64,000 bases of DNA, taken from Octopus vulgaris (taxonomy: Eukaryota). The notes under the pieces were generated by a model. That model was not told where the DNA came from, ran no database searches, and was given only the letters and a program-made list of their open reading frames with translations. The DNA is taken from contig OX597816.1 in assembly GCA_951406725.2 (NCBI GenBank), forward strand, positions 60,264,001 to 60,328,000, read 5' to 3'. This document shows positions 13,255 to 27,424 of the stretch, in pieces. Numbering within the stretch: the stretch's first letter is position 1; each line of letters begins with the position of its first letter. A program made the translations under genes and the position numbers.

Positions 13255-13655
13255 ACTTGTTTCAGTCATTTGACTATGGCCATGCTGGAGCACCGCCTTT
13301 AGTTGAGAAAATCGACCGCAGGACTTATTCTTTGTAAGCCTTCTACTTATTCTATCAGCCTCTTTTGCTGAACCGCTAAGTTACAGGGACGTAAACACAC
13401 CAGCATTGGTTGTCAAGCGATGTTGGGGGGGACAAACACAGACACAAACATATACACACACACACACATATATATATATATAGATAGATATGATGGGCTT
13501 CTTTCAATTTCCGCCTAGCAAATCCACTCACAAGGCTTTGGTCGGTCCGAGGCTATAGTAGAAGTCACTTGCCCAAGGTGCCATGCAGTGGGACTAAATC
13601 CGGAACCATGTGGTTCGTAAGCAAGCTACTTACCACACAGCCGCTCCTACGCTTA
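13255..13655 (-). mobile_element. SINE family A, full-length
   Basis: Matches family A on the minus strand. Confidence 0.85.
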
Positions 13656-15133
13656 TGTCAATAATATCGGAATTCAGAAATAGTATGAAGTAAAGCATTT
13701 ATAAAAAAAACTGTATTCACCTCGTAGTTTCGCCCCCAAAATAAGGGCCAATGAAGCAGAGCTTTGATCAAAAGTGTTTCAGCAGAGACTATTTCATCTG
13801 TCTTTGTCAGGAACAATTTTGTTCAAAGTAGACTGTAGGATGCGCATTCAGGGAGATTTGGCTGCTATTCCTAGTAAACTGAGCCAATGAACAAACTATT
13901 AGAACTCAGTTATGAGCATGAACTGTTTGAATAAATAATCTTTATTACAGAATGCACTTTGCTGAATTAACCTTTCTCTCAGCTATGAAGTAAGACTGTC
14001 ACTTACTGTCTGCTAGATTCACACATTCGAACAAAGTAACCCATCTTGTCTACAGTCGCAACGCCATTGTAATTGAATGATAAGAATTCAACAACTCTTG
14101 AGTTAACATTTCAGCACAGCACAGCAGTCACAACTGATACTGCCATAAATATCAGCTGAAAATTATTTCAATTAGAATTTCGCTTGAAAAGAAATGGAAA
14201 TTTAGTTTTTCGAGCAGAGAGAAATCAATAATTAAAATGAATCAGACCCAATTGTATATGCAAGTGGACATTATTATCAACTGAGTTCAAAGTATGGAAA
14301 AACATTTTTCTAATGCGAAATCTAAATGTTCTGAATTTAATAAATTATTATTCTTTTTTTGTATATTTTTTCTAGTTAGTATTTTTTTTTTTCCCTTTTA
14401 CATAACTCAGCAAATAATAGCTGAGACATAAAAATGAATTATTTTTGGAGTAGGAGAGCAACAATGACATGGCTGCCTTAACTGAAGTTAAAATATGCAA
14501 ATTATATCAGATAAATAAAGTAACCAATTATCTGATGTGGCCTAATGATGGTCAGCAATAAGCAACACACGATGCCAATGTTGCTATATGCCATGCCTTT
14601 GTGATTCAGTGAAGACAAAACAGAAACAAAAAAAAAGGAAAAACCAAAACCAACAAAACATGAAATCATTACTGTGTAATTAATAATCATTGATTAAATC
14701 ATTTTCTATCAAATAAATATAGACAAATATAACATTGCTGCTTCAGTATAGTTTATCAAAATAAAGTGTTTATGTAGGGAAATAAGTTGAACTTTAAATA
14801 TCTGGCTAATTTAAGGCTCATAATGATCAATTCCTGTGTCAGGGATGTGTGTGTGTATGTGTGTGGGTGTGTGTGGGTATGATTTGTTTGCTTAATGGTT
14901 GGTTTTCCATGCAAGCAAGGGTCCAGATGGAGAGTTGAGGCAGAATTTTATGACTGGATGCTCTTCCTGTCACCAACTCTCATCCACTTTTCAAGTAAAA
15001 AAAAAGACAAAAAAAAAACACAAATAAACAGGCCTTCAGAAATACAGAGCAACAAGTCACAATGTCAACATGGAATGTCATCACCACCACTTTGCTTAGG
15101 GGATGACAATCGTGAAATATAAATAAGCACATG

Positions 15134-15183
<50 letters not shown>

Positions 15184-15191
15184 CACACAAA

Positions 15192-15262
<71 letters not shown>

Positions 15263-15279
15263 ATGCATATAAACATGTT

Positions 15280-16275
15280 CAGGCATGGCTGTGTGACTGA
15301 GCAGTTCGCTTCCAGCCACATGGTTTTTTTTGAGTTCAGGCCCACAGCATTGCATTTTGGGCAAGTGTCTTCTATTGGCCCAGAGGTAACCAAAGCCTTG
15401 TGAGTGGATTTGGTTGATGTGAACTGAAAGAAGCTCATCATGTGTGTGTGTGTGTGTGTGTGTGTTTGTATCTCTTTGTATTGACATCACATGATTGTTA
15501 TGAGCAAGTGTCACTGTCATATAAGTGGTGTCATTCATTACCAGTCCTCTTTAAAAATATGTTTGGCCAAGGAGAAATATTGGGTTGTCCAGAAAGTTTG
15601 TACTAATTTTTAAAGGAAAGAAAAAGGTCAATAAATACTTGCCATTACATTTTTAATCAACCAAATATGAACCATTTTGTTGGACAATGCGTCTCCATCT
15701 TTCCTTTAACTTGAAAATACCCTTTTCCCAGAATTGAGGTGATTTCATGGCAAAGAATTCATCAAGGTATCTTTTTACCTCATCCAACGAATTGAAATTT
15801 TTACCATTAAGACTATTCTGCAGAGACCTGAATAAGTGGAAATCTGAAGGAGCAATATCTGGTGAATATGGAGGGTTGGGTTAACACTTCCCAGCCAAGC
15901 TGCAGCAATTTTTGTCTGGTTCCCAAAGCATCAAGTGCCGAAAATGAACTTTCTTGTCTTCCATTTTAAAGGGTTACAGAATTAACACAGGTTATAGGAA
16001 CATAAACCTTCTTCCATGAAAAGATAGCTTAAACTGTGCTCTAAATGGAGGTGTAGTCAAATCCTATTTTATGGACTCAACCATGTTCTAAAATAAGTTG
16101 AAATGTAAGCTACTATAAATGGGCACGAACTTTCCAGACAACCCAATATTATCTTACTTGGAAACATGTGAGGGTTGGTGACAGGAAGGGCATCCAACTA
16201 GAGAAAATCTGACTCAACATAATCGATCTGACCCCCTGCAAGCACAGAAAAGTGAATGTTTAGATGGTGATGATG
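15280..16275 (+). mobile_element. Chimeric SINE (family-A head and microsatellite, different body, RTE-type tail), split by a mariner
   Basis: A-type head, then 'ttgacatcac...gtcactgtcat...ggagaaata|ttatcttacttggaaac...gacaggaagggcatcc...gatgatg'. Uninterrupted relatives at about 7640-7865 and 46880-47330. Confidence 0.65.
15580..16146 (-). mobile_element. Internally deleted mariner transposon, 567 bp
   Basis: TIRs ttgggttgtccagaaagtt / aactttccagacaacccaa with TA TSD. Minus strand encodes MEDKKVHFRHLMLWE joined directly to the C-terminal part ...PPYSPDIAPSDFHLFRSLQNSLNGKNF...RWRRIVQQNGSYLVD*. Confidence 0.9.
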
Positions 16276-16446
16276 AGCAAACTTCTTGCTGCTTCTGTCA
16301 ACCAAACTCTCTCATATGACGTTGGTCGACCTGGAACTATAGTAGAAGACACCCAAAGAGCTGTACAGTGAGACTGAACCCAAGACCACATGGTTGTGAA
16401 GAAAACTGTTTGACCACACAATCATACATGAGCGCGCACACACACA

Positions 16447-16494
<48 letters not shown>

Positions 16495-16939
16495 CACACA
16501 CACACACATTCTTCCTGTAACCAACTCCTGTTCTTCAAGTAAGGTATTCTAATTCCACTGGGTCTTAACATGTTAAAAATCAATGAAAGTTTTGATCAAT
16601 GAGATGTAAACAAACATCAAGGCTTTTGCTCAAAAAGTGTCAATATGAAGACAAAAATAACACACACAAAGATATAAACAAATACATGCCCGAAATATAT
16701 AAACATTTACATACAATTTCCTACTACACAATTTCATTAACCACATTTCACTCACAAGGTATGAATCAGTCCGAGGCTCTTGTAAAGAGCAATTTGTCCA
16801 AGGTGCCATGCAGTGGGATAGAACCCAAAACCACATGACTGTGAAGCAAACTTCCTAACTAAACAACCATACCTGTGTCTATTCCATGCTACCACCTGTG
16901 GTCATTCCTGTACCTACAACCATGACTGCACCTCTCGTC

Positions 16940-17181
16940 ATACTCTTTTTCACTTGTTTCAGTCATGTGACTGTTGCCATGTTGGAGCACTGCCTTTAGT
17001 CGAGCAAATCGACCCCAGGACTTATTCATTTTTTTGTAAGCCCAGTACTTATTCTATTGGTCTCTTTTGCTGAACTCCTAAGTTACTGGGACGTAAACAC
17101 ACTAGCATCGGTTGTCAAGCTATGTTGGGGGGACAAACACAGACACACAAACATATACACACGTGTACATATATATATATG

Positions 17182-17225
<44 letters not shown>

Positions 17226-17287
17226 TATACATATATACGACGGGCTTCTTTTCAGTTTCCATCTACCAAATCCACTCACAAGGCTTT
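16940..17287 (-). mobile_element. SINE family A lacking its head; donor of the 19.3-kb duplication
   Basis: Family A 3' two-thirds, with private variants shared with 19487-19803. Confidence 0.8.
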
Positions 17288-18511
17288 CTAATTTTGGCAC
17301 AAAGTTAGCAATTTTAGAGAAAGGGGGTTAGTCAATAACATCAACCCAAGTGCACATCTGGTACTTATTTTATCAACCTCAAACGGATGAAAGGCAAAGT
17401 CACCCTCAGTTGGAGTTGAACTCAGAATGTTAAAAGCCAGAAGAAGTGTCACAAAGTTTTGTATCTAATGTGCTAGTCTGTGTTCTGCTAGTCTGCCGCC
17501 TTGCTTTAAATTTTGGCACAAAGCCAGCAATTTGAGAGGCGGTGTAAGTCAATTACATCAACCCCAGCACTTGATTGGAACTTTGTTTTACTAACCCCAA
17601 AAGAATTATCTCAATGGATTTGAAGTCAGAATATAAAGAGATGGGGAAATGTTGCACGGTAAATTTTTAGATGATCTAATAATTCTGTCAGCTTGCTGCC
17701 TCAAGTTATATATGATAATTATAATTATTTAAAAATTCTAAACAATTATTTTTAAGTCTGTATTTTGTTTCCATAAAGTGGTTAGCATCTCTATTTTGTT
17801 TCCATAAAGTGGTTTATCCTATAGTACTATGCTCACATTAACAATATATTAGTAATATTTTGTCTAATTATAAGGATGGGATGAATTGGTTCTTAATTTT
17901 ATGGAAAGAATATTTGGGAAAAAAAGTTTATACACAATATATAATTAATTCAAACAATATTATTCATGGTATAGATGAATACATTATGGAGATTAGGTAG
18001 ATTTTAAACACAAATAATTATAATATTCATCTTTATGTGGTATAAATCATGGCATTTTGTAGAGTGAGAAATAAAAAAAAAACGTGTGAATATATTGGTT
18101 CATGTGAATATGTATTCCTCCTTTGTGCATGTGTGTTTGTGTGTGTGTGTGTGTGTGTTAATCATATACACATATGTGCTTGTGTATGTGTGTGCATGAC
18201 CATATGTATGTACATACACACAGAGATAAATTTTCTGTTGGATAAGATGCTGATCTAAGACAAAATAATATTTCCAGATAATCTGTTCTATATTCTTGAG
18301 AATTAAGTGAACTGAGATAATGCAGAATAAAGTGCTTTGTATGGAAATTGAACAAAACATCTCTAGCAGATTTGAACCTATGACTTGTGATTCATTCTTC
18401 GTCAACATGATATAAAACAACAGTACTGAACATTTTGTTTGCACTATGGGCCAATTGCATACAAAACAACTTTTCTACAAACTGGTGAATCATGTATAGG
18501 TGCTGAAATCA

Positions 18512-19045
18512 TAAGGGGTTGCTGAAAATTCCCTGCCTTTTAGGGTACTGCAAAAGGTCTGGTTGGAAGCCCAGCCTTCCAAGTTCTTTTACAGGCCTTA
18601 GAAAAACTGAAGAACTGCTGCAATAAGTGTGCTAATCTGAGTGGAGAATATGTTGAATAAAATCTGAACATAGCTGTAGTAATTTCAGCTCACTCCATGC
18701 CAGAAGAGGAAGTACAACAATTACAGTCTATGGCAGTGACGGGAAACCTTTTTCAAGAAGCAAGCTACATGAAACATTGCTCATCATCAGATGGGCTGTA
18801 CAACAAAAAAATTCAAGGTAACTTTTTGTTAGATATCCCATTCAGAAAGTCCTGTAGGCTGCAGGTTGCTCAATACTGGTCTATGGATTGCTTTTGTGAC
18901 AATATTCTTGTTGTTTAACCTTAAGTCAGCTCTGACTTCATTTGTCTGAGCTGTCATATTTTTGGCGAGTTATTATGATACAATTAACTGATCCCCCAGT
19001 ATTTTAAATACCTGAAGCCAGGAACAAAGTCAGCACCCGCTTCTA
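18512..19045 (+). mobile_element. Short mariner-derived MITE interrupted by a templated insertion (18662-18980)
   Basis: Left TIR 'aggggttgctgaaaattccctgccttt' and degenerate right TIR 'gaagccaggaacaaagtcagcaccc'. Encodes a transposase C-terminus ALEKLKNCCNKCANLSGEYVE*. Confidence 0.6.
18662..18980 (-). repeat. Inverted copy of 7892-8203
   Basis: Reverse-complement alignment over ~310 bp, including the hAT MITE, both of its TSDs and the flanks on both sides. Confidence 0.9.
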
Positions 19046-19331
19046 CATAACAACACAAAAGTGTATAAGATTTAATTTAGTTATTTTATATATAATGCAT
19101 ATATATATTACATATGTAATGCAAAAACACCATGAAGATTGCAATAGTCAATTAGATAGAAATAAAATTTCAAAATATATTCTTACTGTGTGACCTAGTA
19201 CCAAACAATCCATGGTTTGGTACTGGCCTGGTTGTTAACAACTGATATAAAGGATATAACTAATACACATTAATCCCTCTTATTAGTCTTGAAAAACAAT
19301 ATATATATATGGGACTCACGGAGGCAGTGAC

Positions 19332-19702
19332 AAGAGCAATTTGTCCAAGGTGCCATGCAGTGGGATAGAACCCAAAACCACATGACTGTGAAGCAAACTT
19401 CCTAACTAAACAACCATACCTGTGTCTATTCCATGCTACTACCTGTGGTCATTCCTGTACCTACAACCATGACTGCACCTCTCGTCATACTCTTTTTTCA
19501 CTTGTTTCAGTCATGTGACTGTGGCCATGTGGCCATGCCTTTAGTCGAGCAAATCAACCCCAGGATTTATCCTTTGGAACCCTAGTACTTATTCTATCGG
19601 TCTCTTTTGCTGAACTGCTAAGTTACTGGGACGTAAACACACTAGCATCGGTTGTCAAGCTATGTTGGGGGGACAAACACAGACACACAAACATATACAC
19701 AC

Positions 19703-19773
<71 letters not shown>

Positions 19774-19985
19774 TACAACGGGCTTCTTTTCAGTTTCCAT
19801 CTAAAGGGGTTTACAAAAGGGGTTACAAAAAGGCAGTCTGTAACCTTCTTATAATTAGACAAAATATTACTAATATATTGTTAATGTGAGCATAGTACTA
19901 TAGGATAAACCACTTTATGGAAACAAAATACAGGTTTAAAAATAATTGTTTAGAATTTTTAAATAATTATAATTATCATATATAA
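19332..19985. repeat. Composite duplication: direct copy of 16785-17265, 44-bp filler, inverted copy of 17706-17874
   Basis: Direct alignment by eye; includes non-repeat spacer sequence. Confidence 0.9.
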
Positions 19986-19989
19986 TTTA

Positions 19990-20537
19990 GGGGTATGCTG
20001 TTTTTGAGAAAACCCGGCAAGCCAAATGAGACCGTAGCCATGGCTTATGCCAGTGTCACATAACTGGCCCATTTAAGAGTACCCTTCAATCATTGGGCAA
20101 TATACTGTGCTTGAAAAGACCTGTTGAGTAAAGTGAAATCTTTGTCATGGCCATGCCAATACCATCTGACTGGCACCCATGCTGGTGGCATGCAAAAGCA
20201 CCATTTGAGTGAGGTCGATGCCAGTCTCACTAGATTGGCTCCTGTGCTGGCGGCACGTAAAAAGCACCACTCGAACGTGATTGATGCCAGTGCTGTCTGA
20301 CTGGCTCCAATGCCGGTGGCACGTAAAAAGGACCATTTGAACATGGTCGATGCCAGTGGCACATAAAAAGCACTCACTACACTGTCAGAGTGGTTGGCAT
20401 TAGGAAGGGCATCCAGCTGCAGAAACCTTGCTAGATCAGAATGGAGTCTGGTGCAGTCCTTGGCTCTCCACTCCTCAATCAAACCATCCAACCCATGCCA
20501 ACATGGTAAGTGGGCATTAAAAGATGATGATGATGAT
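19990..20537 (+). mobile_element. RTE-LINE 3' UTR (family E) with internal ~60-bp subrepeats
   Basis: Four repeats of 'gccagt...ggcacgtaaaaagcacc', ending in (GAT)n. Confidence 0.7.
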
Positions 20538-20551
20538 ATATATATATATAT

Positions 20552-21934
20552 ATAGGTGCAGGCATGGTTGTGTGATAAGAAACTTGCTTCCCAACCACAT
20601 ATTTCCGGGTTCAGTCCCACTGCACAGCACCTTGGGCAAGTGTCTTCTTCTATTGCCTTGGGCTGACCAAAGTCTTGCAAGTGGATTTGGTAGATGAAAA
20701 CTGAAAGAAGCCTGTCGTGTGTGTGTATATATATATATATATATATGTGTGCGTGTGTGTGTGTGTATGTACTAGCTGACATATCCAGTAATTCCTGGGA
20801 AAGCAGGGCCTATCCTTTGGTCCTCTTCTCATAATCATTTCACTAATCCAATAACAACAATACAAAGTATGTAGCCCTTAAAACGGATTTTGTGCATTTG
20901 CAGAGAACACCAAACTGTCTTACACAAGATTTTGTTTTTAGGAAATCCCAATAAGTTATGAATACCCAAATTATGAAATCAGTCATGTAATAACATGAAA
21001 TTTGTTACCTGAAAGTAAGAATTCAAATAAAGTAGCCCCGAAAAGGGCTTTAATGCATTCCCAGAGTATATAGAACATAGGAAATACTAATAAGGTATGT
21101 ATACTAAAATCGTGAAGCATGTTATGTAATAACAGGCTAATCAGATATGCGATAATAACAATTCAAAGTAAATAACTCTGAAAAGGACTTTTGTGTGTTC
21201 CTAGAGAATATCTCCCTCAGGGGCGCTAGTGTTGGTATATTCGTGAGTAAGTCACTAACTGAAATAAGTGGATCTATTATTTAGGAAAATACTATTTACT
21301 TGTTTAAGGGTTGTACTGGATAAATTGTGAAAATAACTCTAACAGTTCAAATACTAAGAAATAAGCATACTCAATTTGGTTCATACAAAATAATTTAGGA
21401 AAATGATTTGGGCTATTTCCCTTGGTTATATATAAGGATCCTTTCCAGGGGCCAATGGGTTATTTCCTTTGGCTTTTAGAATAAAATATATTAGATATAT
21501 ATAAGGATCCTTTCCTGGGACCCTATTATCGATTTTTTTCAACAATTTGAGTATGCCATGAGATTTCCAGACATGAGTTCTACTCATGTGTCAAGTTTCA
21601 TCAAAATCGATAAAACAATGTAGAAGGAGTTAGCTAACAACTCCACAATCACACTCACAGACAGAATTTCCCGCATATGTAATAGATATATCTATATATA
21701 CATTTATACCTGAGTGTCTCTGTGTCTGTATTTGTATCCCCACCATCGCTTGACAACCAATGTTGGGGTGTTTATGTCCCCGTAACTTACCAGCTCTGCA
21801 AAAGAGACTGATAGAATAAGTACTTGGCTTAAAAAAATAAGTCCTGGGGTTTATTTCTGCAACTAAAAGACCCTTTAAGGTGGTACTCCAGCATGGCCAC
21901 AGCCAAATGACTGAAACAAATAAAAGAATAAAAG
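20552..21934 (+). mobile_element. SINE family A split at its microsatellite by a Helitron
   Basis: Head at 20552-20770, tail at about 21710-21934. Confidence 0.75.
20772..21686 (-). mobile_element. Non-autonomous Helitron
   Basis: Minus strand: 5' A|TCTATTACATATG, 3' hairpin (cccaggaattactgg) then CTAG|T. Shares 'cgattttgatgaaacttgacac' with the other Helitrons. No TSD. Confidence 0.7.
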
Positions 21935-22382
21935 TATATACATAGCCAAGTGGCCCAAATGTCATAAATTTCTTATGAGTAGCCAGCTGGTAGATTATAG
22001 CAACTTTCTCTAGCCTAAAATAGATGGAGTGGTTTCTAGCTTTTTCTTTGCAATTTGTCTACCAACAGAGGAAAATTCTATTACAAAGAACAAGAGATGC
22101 TTAGAAAAAAAACATGGAATTATCACACACAAGCAACACTTCAAGCTGGCATCATTAAATGACTAATATGATAAGAGTCTCTTTGGAGACCATGAAAAGA
22201 TGCCGTAGATTTAATCATATGACTAGAAGAAAAAGATCTAAAATTTTACATGAATGTTCATTCCTTCTTCTCATTGTGTATGTATATGTGTATGTATGTG
22301 TGTGTGTGCGTGTGTAAGAAAGTTGGATACAGATGAAGTATGATTGCTGAGTGATGGAATCATGATCCCTAAATACACATCT

Positions 22383-22750
22383 CGCTATAGCTATAACCCA
22401 GTCTCTAAATCAAACACTGTGGTTATCAATCCGACTGACCAAACCCACACTGTAATTATAGCTTGTCTTCCTTCCAGTCCTACACCATAAATATGATATC
22501 ATCCAGACTTACTGTAAACTAGTAGAACATCACTATAGCTATCACTTAGTCTCTCAGTCACACACAGTAGTTAATACAGCTTCCCCATTCACACACTATA
22601 GCTATCATCTAGTCTCACAGTCACATACTGTAGTTCACATAGTGCCCTCCAACCACATATAACTACCACCCAATCTCTCAGTCACACTCTGTAACTATCA
22701 TATCATCACTAAGTCACTTAATTGCACGCTGTGGCCATCAGTCAGTCTTT
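22383..22750. repeat. Degenerate ~30-bp minisatellite
   Basis: Recurrent units like 'cacactatagctatcacttagtctctcagt'. Confidence 0.6.
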
Positions 22751-23129
22751 TAGATATAATAAGATACATACAGCAAGTTAACTACCGTTGGCTTTAATGA
22801 CTCTAAACATTTGATCTATAATTTTCTTTACATGGATGTTAAAAATGTTCCACCATGCCATATTAACAATCCACCAATGAAAACGAAAGATCAAAATTCA
22901 TTGTAGAAAATCAAAATAAAACAAAACCTACACACATACACACACACACACACACATACACACAGAGAAATATATAAACATAGGAAGTAAAATGTAACAT
23001 GAGAGATTTTTTATAAGATGTTTAGTTGCATAATAATTTGCCATGTACATGGTGATTGATTCTGATAATATATCAACAATCCATTAATGTTGCATATACA
23101 CACCGCTGACAATCTGACATTGGACCCTC

Positions 23130-23164
<35 letters not shown>

Positions 23165-23548
23165 TATACATATATACGACGGGCTTCTTTCAGTTTCCGT
23201 CTACCAAATCCACTCACAAGGTTTTGATCAGCCCAAGGCTATAGTAGAAGACACTTGCCCAAGGTACCACGCAGTGGGAATGAACCAAGAACCATGTGGT
23301 TGGTAAGCAAGCTACTTACCACACAGCAACTTCTGCACCTATTGTGCAATTTTTTTTACATAATTATTATTATTGCATAAAGTGTAAAGTTAAGTAATTC
23401 ATGATGTAATAAAAACAGCAAAACAAACTTTTCTGTTTTATTCTTGGGTATACATTTTGTAGGTAATTCAAATGTATATGATACCAAACAAAAATCAGTG
23501 GACAAATACAGTTTAATACTTAAATGAACTTTGAGTATACAAGTATAC

Positions 23549-23946
23549 ATAGGCGCAGGAGTGGCTGTGTGGTAAGTAGCTTGCTTACAAGCCACATGGT
23601 TCTGGGTTCAGTCCTCTGCGTGGCACCTTGGGCAAGAGTCTTCTACTATAGCCTCGGGCCGACCAAAGCCTTGTGAGTGGATTTGGTAGATGGAAACTGA
23701 AAGAAAGCCGTCACACACATATATATATATATATATGTGTGTGTGTGTTTGTGTGTCTATGTTTGTCCCCTCAACATCACTTGATAACCGATGCTGGTGT
23801 GTTTACATCGCCCATAACTTAGCGGTTCAGCAAAAGAGAATAAGTACTAGGCTTACAAAGAATAAATCCTGGGGTCGATTTACTCAACTAAAGGCGGTGC
23901 TCCAGCATGGCCACAATCAAATGACTGAAACAAGTAAAAGAATAAG
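23549..23946 (+). mobile_element. SINE family A, full-length, head-to-head with a minus-strand A head at 23170-23343
   Basis: Matches family A. Confidence 0.85.
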
Positions 23947-24259
23947 GATTACCACAGAGTTCTAAACATTGGTTAACTGCTGTGCTGTCTCAATAAAAAT
24001 AACACTACTCAGTTACATTACATACACACACACACACAATTATGTGTCATCTGATACTTGTACAAAATCTTCAAATCTATTAGATTCTCATCAAGGATTC
24101 AAGAGAACCTAATTGATTTAAAACATTTGTACAAGTGTCAGATGCTATTTGGATAATAAAATATCTAACTCAACATGAACATGGAATGAGTTTTTTTTAA
24201 TTTTCTATTAGTGATTTTTTATTCTATGGATCAAGAATATCTTATATATATATACCTCT

Positions 24260-25021
24260 ATGAACACACAAATAGAGAGCGATGTTCCACAGGTCACTGT
24301 CTTGGAACCACTGCTTTTTATAGTGGCCCTCTCAGATATGCCTTCAAATGCCCGGATAGCCACTCTGGCAAGCTATGCAGATGATACGAAAGTCTCTCAG
24401 AAAATACAGAACCCCAGCGATGTTGCACACCTGCAGCAGGAGTTGGACTCAATCTACAGATGGGCTGAGGATAATAATATGCAGTTTAATGCTGAAAAAT
24501 TCCAGGCCCTGCGCTACCAGCATCCAAAACTGAATATTAAACTTACAGGGTACACTGGTCCACAGGGAATTTCAATCCCAGAGCCTAAGTCTGTGAGGGA
24601 CCTGGGTATCGACATGAGTGATGATACCTCCATCCAAGTGCACATTACCAGGATGGCGACAAAGTGCAGACGACTGGCTGGATGGATCCTAAGAACATCC
24701 AGAACCAGAGATAAGGAAACCATGATGATCCTCTGGCGCACATTCGTCCTCAGCCGCCTGGATTACTGCTCACAGCTATGGTCACCCACCAGTGTGAAAT
24801 TAGCAGTGGACCTTGAAGCAATCCAGAGAAGATTCACTAACAAGATCGTCTCTTTGCAACAGCTCAGCTACTGGGAAAGGTTGAAACAGTTAAGACTCTA
24901 CTCCCTGGAGAGAAGACAGGAGAGGTATGCAGTAATATATGTCTGGAAGATCCTGGAAGGAATTGTGCCAAATTTTGGCATTGTAAGCTATACCAATGCT
25001 AGAACGGGATGTCACTGCATT
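24260..25021 (+). pseudogene. LINE reverse transcriptase C-terminal fragment (CR1/L2 group), truncated at both ends
   Basis: Motifs [47 protein letters not shown]. The frame stays open for ~254 aa and then runs into (TA)n. Confidence 0.85.
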
Positions 25022-26745
<1,724 letters not shown>

Positions 26746-27251
26746 ACACACAAACACATATCTTTATGCACACACACATCCACATATACATATGCACATG
26801 CAGAAAACTACACCTACTCTAGTCTGGTTGAAAGCTGAAAATTGAACTTATCCTGTTTAACATAAAACCTGAATGAAAAAAATAGAGAGCTTGCTCCCTG
26901 TCTCTTATAATATTACTGATTTGGACTATTAGATGTCACTTCCTCCTCTCCACATGACTTTTGAACAGCAAATAATATGGAGCTAGCTGATACGGAGGCA
27001 GGGGGGAACTGTAGCATCACAAGATGCATGATTAGATAGAGTGAAAGGTACGTAGATTTCTGCTATTATGATACAAATATATAAATATGTGTGTGTATGT
27101 GTATGTATGTATCCATACAATTACACATGCATTTATAATATGTATTTACAGTCACATATATACATGCCTGTGAGTATATCTCTCTCTGTGTATGTGTGTG
27201 TATATATATATATAATATATAATATATATATGTATTTATGTATATGTATGC

Positions 27252-27321
<70 letters not shown>

Positions 27322-27386
27322 ATATATATGTATATGTATGTATATATATATATGTATGTGTATGTATATATATATGTATATGTATG

Positions 27387-27424
<38 letters not shown>

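Noticed and set aside
19198-19225. Short hairpin agtaccaaac...gtttggtact, and small tandem duplications (~55012-55045, ~34410-34455)
   Set aside because: Too short to distinguish from chance or ordinary slippage.
22383-22750. CRISPR-like repeat array (also 60745-61068 and 20160-20370)
   Set aside because: Degenerate tandem units with no unique spacers, in a eukaryotic context with no cas genes.
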